Positions 8,828 to 18,700 of a DNA stretch of 45,390 nt are shown in pieces. The notes under the pieces were generated by a model that searched no databases, was not told the origin of the DNA, and worked only from the letters and a program-made list of their open reading frames with translations. Made by a program: the position numbers and the translations under genes. Origin of the DNA: Verrucomicrobiales bacterium (GTDB taxonomy: Bacteria; Verrucomicrobiota; Verrucomicrobiia; Verrucomicrobiales; SLCJ01); contig JBJTQJ010000046.1 in assembly GCA_046075565.1 (NCBI GenBank), forward strand, positions 1 to 45,390, read 5' to 3'. Every line of letters starts with the position of its first letter. Position 1 is the first letter of the stretch.

Positions 8828-9733
8828 TTAAAGTTCGCCCGCCTTGCTCCGCTGGATTTCCGTCTGAAGGTTTTCCGCCCTTCTAGCAGCAGCGGGGAAA
8901 TCCCCGGTCGCACCACCGATTCGCAGAGGCGACAAGAGTTTCTCGGCCGGGACCGAACCGCTTTGCTCGGCGAGGAGCAACCAAGCGATGGCTTCTACGC
9001 GCTTGTTCTGATCATTCGACTCGGGGTCCAGCATCCGACCGTAGTTCATTTGCCCGAGGGTATGACCGAGAAGCGCGGCCTTGTGGAATAGCCTGATTGC
9101 CTCAGCGTCTTCCGCTTGCACGCCGATGCCACTTTCATACATGGTGCCAAGGGTATTGCACGCTCCCGGAATCCCTGCATCGGCGGCCACCTTGTAAAAG
9201 GGGAAGGCGGCGGCTCGGTCGACGGTAGCACCATGATTGCCATGGAAAAGCGCCTCCGCCCATTCAAGGTTCGCCTCGGGCAAACCCGTCGCGGCGGCCT
9301 TGCGGATCCACTCGCGCCCGTCCGCCGCATTCGCGGCGATTCCTTTGCCTTGGCAAAGCATAAGGCCATAATTGAGCATCGCCTTGGCCGATCCGAGTTC
9401 GGCCCCTTTGCGGAACCACCGCACCGCTTCGGCTTCGTCCTTGGGTGTCCCGATTCCGTTGGCCAGATAGTGGCCAATCGCCCCGACGGCATCGGGATAT
9501 CCCGCATCGGCGGCTTCTTTCATCAGGGCAAAAGACTCCTCGGGATTCCCACGCTTGAGCTCCTTGGGCAGAAGCGCGCGCGCCGCTTCGAATTTCGCGG
9601 CGGCATCGGAAAGCAGCGGCGCACCCGCGACCGGGATTTGTTCTTTCAGGTTTTTCCCTTCCACTCCCTCCGAACGAAGGCCGGAGAGAGAAAGGACGAA
9701 CCCAAAGCAAAAAATAGAATTCAAGGTTTTCAT
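8828..9733 (-). CDS. SEL1-like repeat (TPR-like) exported protein
   Basis: Repeated units such as GIGTPKDEAEAVRWFRKGAELG, AMLNYGLMLCQGKG and ACNTLGTMYESGIGV; N-terminal signal. ATG 9733 is 13 bp after the exoprotein stop. Confidence 0.9.
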   Translation of the reverse strand: MKTLNSIFCFGFVLSLSGLRSEGVEGKNLKEQIPVAGAPLLSDAAAKFEAARALLPKELKRGNPEESFALMKEAADAGYPDAVGAIGHYLANGIGTPKDEAEAVRWFRKGAELGSAKAMLNYGLMLCQGKGIAANAADGREWIRKAAATGLPEANLEWAEALFHGNHGATVDRAAAFPFYKVAADAGIPGACNTLGTMYESGIGVQAEDAEAIRLFHKAALLGHTLGQMNYGRMLDPESNDQNKRVEAIAWLLLAEQSGSVPAEKLLSPLRIGGATGDFPAAARRAENLQTEIQRSKAGEL

Positions 9734-9746
9734 GGCGGTATTCGTG

Positions 9747-12700
9747 TCAGGGAATCGCCTCCTCCCCACCTCCGTAACCGAGCACTTCGACCTCGATGAT
9801 GGAAGGAGCCTCTTCTTTTTCATCTTCTTCTTCTTCCTTTTTGGGCTGGGCCATTTGTGTCGCGGTGTTGGTGGTGGCGGCGGCGGCCGATGAGGCGGCG
9901 GTCAACCCGCCGATGTTCGGAGCGGCCACGGCGGGCGCGGAAGGCACGCCGGCCGTGCCGCCGGCGACCTGGATATTCGAAGCATTGAGCACGGCGGTGG
10001 CGGCGATGGTGAGGTTGCCGGTCGCCCGAATGCCTGCGTCGCCAGCATCGACCACACCCTGCGGCGCGATCAGTGCGACATTGCCTGCTTCCACTCCTTC
10101 GACAGCGGCGAGCACACCGATGCCGCCGCCCGTGGCCAAGCCGCCGAGATCCGTCTGGATATTGGCGCTCGTCACATCCACGAGAACCCGGGTGGGCGGA
10201 GCCGTGACCACGGTCCGCGGCGAGGAGCCGGCCGCGATGTCTCCCGTGGAAGACCACATGGTGATGTCGCCGCCACGCAGCGTGAAAATCCGAGCCTGAC
10301 CGATGTCCACGCTGCCGTCGGTAAACATGGAAATGCCACCGCCATATTCGGTCACCACTCCCGGCGGGGTAAGCGGATTGCCGAAGATGTCGGAGGCCAT
10401 GGTCAGGCCACCTCCGGGAGCGGCAAGCGAGATGTTTCCTCCGGTGCTGGTGCGGATGTCCCTGGCGCGCGTGAAGATATCGCCCGCGCCGCCAGCTCTG
10501 CCAAAAAGCACCTCGATGGCCGCGTATCCCTCGTCGTAGTTGCCGGTCGTGGCAGCCGTTTCACCGGCGGCGGCGAGGATCCGGTAGAATTCCTCCAGGG
10601 CGACGATGGCCTGTTGTTCGGGGTTAAGCGAAGCGAACGACGCTGCGCCGATGGATTCCATATAGGCCGAGGTTCCTTCGGGCCCTCCCGCGAGGTATTG
10701 GGCGATGAAGGCATCGAAGTCGAGGTTGCTGCCGGAGAGTCCGAGCGCCGGTCCGCCCGAGGTACCTCCGACACCGGCGAGGGCTAGGATATCGGCACCT
10801 GCAAAAGGTAGGAAAGGATTGCGGGCGTTTCCAATGCTCGTGATGCCGACCCCACGTCCATCAGTAAAGTTCGGTCCAGTGCCGAGGTCGATGTTCCTCC
10901 CGGCTAACACCTCGAGCACGCCCGGACCATTGATCTGGATGTCCCCGGCCATCGCGCTCGTGCCACGGCCGTCGGCTGTGGCCGCCGCTGGATCCCCGAC
11001 AGCGTTGCCAAGCGCGAGATTGTTGGCGATGGATCGCACCGGGGCGTTCGTGTTGAATGGGATGACATCGCGCCCTGACGAAACAATTGTGATGTCATCG
11101 CCCGCGATGTTTTGCAGGTAAAACGCGATATCGGTGATGTCCCGACCGGCATGAAGGCGCGAGGCCTTCGGAGAGAAGAGTGTGAATCCGGTGATATCCC
11201 CGTCCACGGCGCTTACGCGGAGAGGATTTAGAGCCCCGGCATGCAACAGTCCGGGGGCGTGAAGAGCCTGTTTGACTTGGATAGAGGCCGAGGCACCTGC
11301 ATACGAACCCGTCTCGACAATCGAAAGTCCGATTTGATCGAGCGCGTCGATGTTGCCTTGCAGGGCGGCGATCCGATTGCGACCGGTGAAAGTCTGGTAA
11401 CCGAGCGGACTGGTGATGGCCGGGAAGGCGGCCGGATCCGCATCGGAAAGATTGAGGGTGGCGGAGGTCCAGACCTGCACATTCCGGCCACCAACGCTTC
11501 CCGTTCCCGTGGGTTGCAGTCCGACAACCGATCCGGAAGCGAGGAGTTCCACTTGCCCCTTCGCGGAAGGGAAAAGCGTGAGGTCGCCGACCAGATTGAC
11601 ATCTCCGGCGAAGGCCGTGCTGCGGAGATTCGGCGCGCCCAGCGTGAACACCTCGCTGTATTGACCTAGGCCAAGTTCATTCAACCTCAGCCACGGTTGG
11701 AAATTCGAGGAAACGAAGGCCGACTCCACACCGGTGAAAAGGTTCTGCGTTTCGAACCAGGCCCCGACAATGGAACGAGCGGAGGAACTGCCCGGCAAGG
11801 TCACGGAATGACGGTGCGTGACACTTCCACCGAACGAAGCCGCGTCGATCCCGGAATTCTCACCGTAGGTCTGGAAGAATGTTTTATACCAATACCGGTT
11901 GTTCAATCCCTGGGGCAGAAGAAAAGGATTGATCGCCGGACCGAGAAGCACGTCTCCCCGCGCGGCGACGCGGAAATCCGATTTCCCGGTGAACAAAGTG
12001 GTCGGCATCCAGGTGACTTCCTCCAGCACGGCGGGAGTGGACGTGTCGAGGATACCCAGGGACAAGGTGCGGGCGGCATTGGTGGTGATTTCGCCTCCGG
12101 CGAAGAGTTCGCCATTTCCACGCTCCGTGTAATAGACACCACCGCTGATGTCGCGGCCCGCGATCACAGAGAGGTCCCCGCCCCCCCACTCAAGCAACCG
12201 CTCCGCCGATGGCGCGAGGTTCCCACCCGTGGAAGGATCAATACCGGCCATTCGCGCGTTTGTCGGAATGACGGCATCCAGATTGACCACATCACGACCG
12301 GCCGAGATGGAAACATCCCCACCACCGAGTGCACCCACCCCTTGGAAGAAATTGCTGAAATCGATCCACCAGGTTGTTGATGTCGATGGATCCGTGATGG
12401 AACTGATGATCGGCGTGGAGTCAACTCCACCATCGCTGGCGAAAAGTCCCGTGGCCGGATCCACATAACCGCGCCGGTAGAGCCAGTTCGTCGGCATCTG
12501 GCGGCTGCTGTCCGCGATGATGTTCCCGTTGAGCCGGGTGAAACGGCCGATATCCCCTTGCGCGCGGAGGTTCAGGTTCCCCCCGGCGAGCGTCCATGCC
12601 GGTTGGTAGAGCTGCTGGATGGCCCCCAAGGTGGAGCCCGCGCCACCAGCCTGGCTGGGATGGCGGTTGAGTGCGGTTGGGATCACGGGAACGGCGAAGT

Positions 12701-15700
12701 CATTCGCCTGGAACACCGTGGTGGGCACGGGCACGGCCACACCGGCCGTGTAGATGGTGGCGAACTGGTTGCGCAACTGCACGTCGCGCCCGGCATTCAC
12801 ATCGATCCCACCGGTGCCCGTGCGGATGACCTCGAAGCGCGTGCCGAGGTTGGTATTCGACGTCGAGATGCGGATGGTGTCGGCGGTTTGCCCGTTCGAT
12901 CCAATGGCCGCCGCCGTGCCGGTCGTCGCCGTGTTCGGAATGGCGGAGTAAAACTCACCCACCAGCACCGATCCTTTGCCCGCGGCCAGGGCGGATTGCG
13001 GCAAAACGGTCCCCCGACCGGCCGACGAGAAATCCGCTCCCGCCGTGATGCCATACGACCATGACTGGGTATTCATCGGCAGGTTCGGGTTGAGGGTCAT
13101 CAGCGTGGCGAGCCACATGGCCGAATGGCCGTTGTCGGCGGTCACCGCCACCGGATTGAAGCCATCGCTCAGGGTGTTGTTGAAAACGATATCCCCCGCC
13201 GCGCGCAGGGTCAGCACGCCAGGCGCGCCCTTGCTTCCATAACGGAAGGTGCTGAGATCCCAGTCTCCGGTGGAGAGGGTGGTCGCGTTTCCATTGTCCG
13301 CGTTGGGCGTGCCGAGATTCAAATCACCCGTGCGGTTGATGATTTCCACACCCGGAGCGAGCACGAGCGAGGCGCCTAGCATGGCCGCACCGGGAGCACC
13401 GACCAGCAGTCGTGTCGTGATGGCGGCTTCATTGGCATTGATGAATGCCTGCGCTTGGGTGTTCATGGTCCCGCGCAAAGTCGTTGTCAAGTTGCCACTG
13501 CCGGTGATGTCGTAAAGCCGGTATCCCTCGACAACAATCGAAGATGCGCCGCGGATGTCGCCGAGCAAGCTGGAGATGCCCACATCATTCGCCGTGCGGG
13601 GGGCCCGCAGATGCAGGGTGCCCGTGAGCTGGCCGCGCGACGCGCTGCTGCCGGGCGTGAGATAACCACCGGCCACGAATTCATCCACCCGGAGATCGAG
13701 CACGGCGCCCGTGGCGATATCCACGATCGCGGAAGAATTCACCGTGCCATTGATTTGATTGCCAGCCTCAAGACGAATCTCCCCTCCCTTGCCGGCGGAA
13801 TTGAATTCGGACGCCCGAGCCGTGAGCACGGCGTTGCCCGTGAGTTTGACGTTGTCGCGCGCGCCGAGTTGGATAAGCCCTCCGGTCAGGCCCGACGCGT
13901 CAATCTGAGCATCAACGGTGATCGATCCCGCGTCCGCCAAAAGAGTGAAGGATCGCGCCGTGATCGGACCACCGATGGTGATATCGCCAGTGCGCAACCT
14001 GAACTGCCTCGATTCGGTGAATCCTCCGGCATTGAGAGAGGCGGAAAGCGTGTCGAATCCGGGAATGGTGGCCGCGTCGAGTTGGAAAGAACCATCGCGT
14101 CCGCCCGTGCCACCATCGCCTAACAGAACACCATTGTTTCCAAAGGCGCCGCCCGGAGAGCGGATGACCAGCGAACCCGCGTTTCCTCCACCGGGCTGGG
14201 CGGCCACCGAGACGCGACTGCCCGCTTCGAGATTGACCGAGCCGCTGTCGGCCGCGAGCAGGATGGAACCGGCATCGGCGTAACGCGTGAGGTCGTGGAA
14301 GCCCTGGGCCACACCCTCGACATTCAGATTGCCTGCCACCCGGAGGTTGCCGGTCCTCGCCACGGCTTCAAGTTTGCCGCTCGGCAGCAGGATATCGGAC
14401 CGGAGATCCACGGCAGCGGCATTGATGACGAGAGCGGCACCAATACCAGGGACGATGCCTCCCGGGCCACCGGGATCGAGCAAGGTGAAATCGCCACCCG
14501 TCGTGATGGTCCGCGTGGACCCACGCTCACCGGTGAGCACCGGGGTGCGGAAAATGAGATCTCCGGTCACGCCCAGCCGGCCCGTTCCCGTGCTCGTGAT
14601 CGCGGATGTCGCCCCCAGGGTCGTGGTCGAATACCCCGCGATGGCGAAATCGTTCGCACCGAGCGTGGTGCGGGTGGTCTCAAGGACCAGGCTTCCCCCG
14701 CTCACCGGGGGCGCCGCCACGGCGGCGACCGCGCTCTCGTTGCCGAGGAAAAGTTCGCCCGCGCGTATCGTCACGGGACCACCGCTGTTTCTATATCCAC
14801 GAATCCCCGCGCCGGAAATCGAGAGATGCGCGAGGTCAGGACGCCCGAAGGTCCCGTCTCCATAGATATCCAGCGTGCGGTAGCTGCGCAGGTTCAAGCT
14901 TTCCAGCAATTGCACTTCCTGCAAGGTCGCGCCGGACAAGACAAGATGCGGATTGACCAGGGATCCTGCCAACGAACCACTCGCCCCCGGCAACACGATG
15001 CTGATTTGACCGCTGCCGAGCGTCAAGGCCCGGGCATCGAGAACGGCCGTGCTCGACAACGATGTCCCATAGCTTGAATCGAGAATCAAACCGGCTGCGG
15101 TGAAACTCGCTCCATCGCCGATTTCGAGCAGGGCGCTGGTCCCGGAACCGAGGTTCGAACGGAGAATGCCCGCTCCGGCATCACCGCTCGCGCGCACCAA
15201 TGCGCCATCACCGTTGACCGTGAGCATCTCGGCACCACCGACCGGAGCGGCGGTGGCTCGGAGATTCGAACCACCTGTCACCTCCAATTTCTCCCGAGCC
15301 GTCAGGATGATATCGGGTCCCGAAAACACGGAACCTGGATTGTCCAAGGTAAGATTGGTCGCGCGGGTATCCACCACGATGCCGGTGGGGGTATTCCGGC
15401 GCGCGCCACCGATGAGCAGGCTCTCGATACCCCAGGAGGCCAACTGTTCGGCGCGCAAGTTGAGCGCGGCTGGATCATCACTGCCCGTTCCTCCGACGAT
15501 GCGGATGTTCCCGCTGGCATTGATATCGGCGCGGGCCCCTTTGCCGCCGGCGGCGGGAGCGGCGCTGATGCTACCCAGCAGGCTCATCGTGCCGGTGGTT
15601 CCGAAGGAAAGATAACCGGCATCGGCAGGCAAGGTCTGCACCGTGGTCGCATTCACACGTCTGGCCGCCTCCGGCATGAAGGACCCCGCCTCGAACAATT

Positions 15701-18700
15701 CGTATTCAGCCCGTGCCAACACCACGTCCCTCGGGGCAACCTCGTAGCGGGACCAAATCGGGGGCAGCCTCTCCGGGCGTTGGAATGAATTGTAGCGCAT
15801 CCCGGCAACCAGGCTGGCTCCATCGGGCAGGTTGAAGGTTCCCACCGGCATACCCGCTTGCGGCGTGACGAGGAAAGATCCCGGCAACAAGGCGTAACGG
15901 CGTGGCAACAAGGTATAGGTCCCGGCGGAAAGACCCGGGCTGGCTCCGAGCTGAATCACATCACCGATGCGCAGGGAACCGGAACCGTAGCCGGGATCAC
16001 CCCCGAGCGCGGCGGCATTCGGTCCGCTGTTGAATGGCGCGTAGGGCGCGAAATTCCTCCCGAAGCCGGGCAAGATCGCCCAGGAGTCGCTGACCCTGGT
16101 CCAGTAGAGATTCGTGGCCGGACGCACGCCGGAATGAGCGAGGCGCGCGGACCACGTTTCACCATTGAGGGTGACAAGATCACCCGCCTCGTATTCGGTG
16201 CCGCCCGTCCATTCGGAGGAGGCGGTTCCTAACAAATCCACGCTTCCTCCAGGACCCGGCAACCAGCGGAAGGCCAGAAGTTCACCACCACCCCGGAGGT
16301 CGATGAGCGAGCCGGCCTCGGTGGTCACGTTGGTGCCGCCGATGAGCACATTGCGCGTCGGCAATCCATTCAAGGTCACGTCCACGCCCCGCGGATCGAT
16401 CCAGGTCAGGCCGTCCGGACTGAGACCGAAGGGGATGAGCAGGGATCGCCCACCTTCCATGGCGGCCACGGAAGTCACGCTGCCTGTTCCGAGAGTGACG
16501 GAAGCGGTCGCGGTCACGGGCGCGAGCGATCCGGCGATGGGGTTGACGGGGCGATCGAGATCCGCATCCGACAAATCCAGATCCGTGCCATCCCAACCGA
16601 GACGGATGGTGCCCATGGGCGCGCGCAGGATGCCATCCTGGCGGATGGTCGTTGCGTAAAGCGAAAGCTCGCCTCCGGCCGAATACGGCACCGGAGCGGC
16701 GCTGCCATTTCCGAGCACGGTGATGCTTCCGGGTCCGGCGGCCGAGTCGTGGGCGAAGATGGAGAATTTCGCTAGGGTGGTCGGATAGATTTGCGCGGCA
16801 TCAAGAGTGAGATTGCCGGCCATGCTCACGATGCCATTGCCGCGAATATCGCCCGTGGAGCGGAACTTCGCCGTTCCGATGTTTTGCATGGACAAGGTGC
16901 CGATGTCGATCAAATCGGCGAACAAGCTCAGGCTGCCCGGGCCATTCGTGGGAGCGAAGGTGAATTCCGAACCCGTGAGGGCGGGGTCGATTTTAAAATA
17001 GGAAATCGTGTCACTCGGATGATCCGGGGCTCGGAATGGCTGGCCGATGGCAATGTAGGAAGCGCGCAAATTGACGGCGGAATCCGCTTCGATGACCCCA
17101 CCGGCCGCCACTCTTAGCATACCGTCGGCATTGATATTGACCGGCCCGACGAATTTCACATTGCCGCCGTAAGGTATCGGGCTGGCGGACGAAAGGTATT
17201 TGGCCCCGAGGTCGAGCGAGGCGAAGCCACCGCGGTGGAATGAATCCGCCGCGAAGTAACCCATGCCGGACATCGGCGCTCCGGAGCCATTGAGCACAAA
17301 GCGCCCGATGCCGGGATTCGTGTTCGTCGCCGCGATGGTTTGCCCGTTTTGCGTGACCACGAGATTGATGTCGGCACCAGTGCGCGTCGCGCCCTGCGGG
17401 TAGAACCGTCCCGAGAAGATGGAAAGGGTTCCCCCGGTCGCGGTCGGTCCACCCGCTTTGCCGAGCAGGGTGGCATCCGTGAAGAGCATTTCCGACCCCT
17501 GTAAATCGAGCGTGCCGCCGCTGCTATCGATGCGGGTGGCGATGGCCCGGCGTGACCACAACGGGGAGTTGAGCCCGCTGTTGTAGGGAACAATCGGGTC
17601 TTCGAAAATACCCAGCCACGAGGGATGGATGTCGAGGATGCCGCTGGTTCCGGAAACATCGAGCAAAGCCCCGCGTTCGGCGATGATGTTGCCGAAAACG
17701 GAAATACTGCCTCCTCCGAAGACCGTGCCCAGGCGGCGTCCGAAGGCATCGGGCACGTATTGCACGACTCCCGCCGTGGAGAGCACTGAACCGGCCGCCA
17801 GATGCACGGTCGGACGGGCGGCCGTCACGAGTGGCGCTTGCGATGGTGGAATGGGAAACGAGGAAGCCCCGCGCACGGTGATCGAACCGCCCGGTGCGAA
17901 AACCGATCCAAAAACCGAAACCGTTTGTCCCGACAAGGCGACCGAGGCCCCGGGCTCCACGCTGATGCGGGAGCCGCGCCCGAGCACGAGGTCGCCACGA
18001 ACCTCGAGCTTGTCGATGGTGAAGTTGTCATCCGCGCCCAGCGCTCCGAGACTCAGACTGACCGGTTTGCGCAATCCTTCCGGCTTGAGGATCCGGCGGA
18101 TTTCCAATCCGGGATTGCCCCACTGGTTGCCCACGGCGAGCAGGCTTTCCGCACGCGGTTCGATGATGGTCCCCGGCGCGACGAGCAGGCCGGGCACATA
18201 GGTGTCGGGTTCGCCCGGTGCGGCGACCTCGTCGGAGTCCATCCCGATTCCATTCAATGTGTATTTGGTAAAGCCTCCCCGCTGGAAGAAGTCCGGCTGG
18301 AGCAGGAGCGTGCCGGGGAACCGCGCGCCGCCGCCGATCTGGATGAGATTCGCCTGCAAGGTCAGGCTGCCTCCGGTCGCGCCGGAGTAGCCGGAAAGTT
18401 CCGAACCGAGCAGCATCCTCCCGCCCGTGACATTCGTCATGGTCACGTCGCGCCCGCTGAGGATGGAAATGCTGCCGCCATCACCGTAGGTGATTCCCTC
18501 GCGGGTGGCGCGCAGACCTCCCGAGACATCGATGGCGCTACCCGGAGACAGAAGGGCGTCGAAAGTGGCGATGGAAATATTGCCTCCCTTGATGACGATC
18601 GGGTCCTTCAGCATGGTCGGGCTGCCCGGACGGTCATTCACGATCAATCCGGCCGTGCTCAACCTGCCGCCGCCGCCGAGCGAGAAGATGCCGCGCCCGG

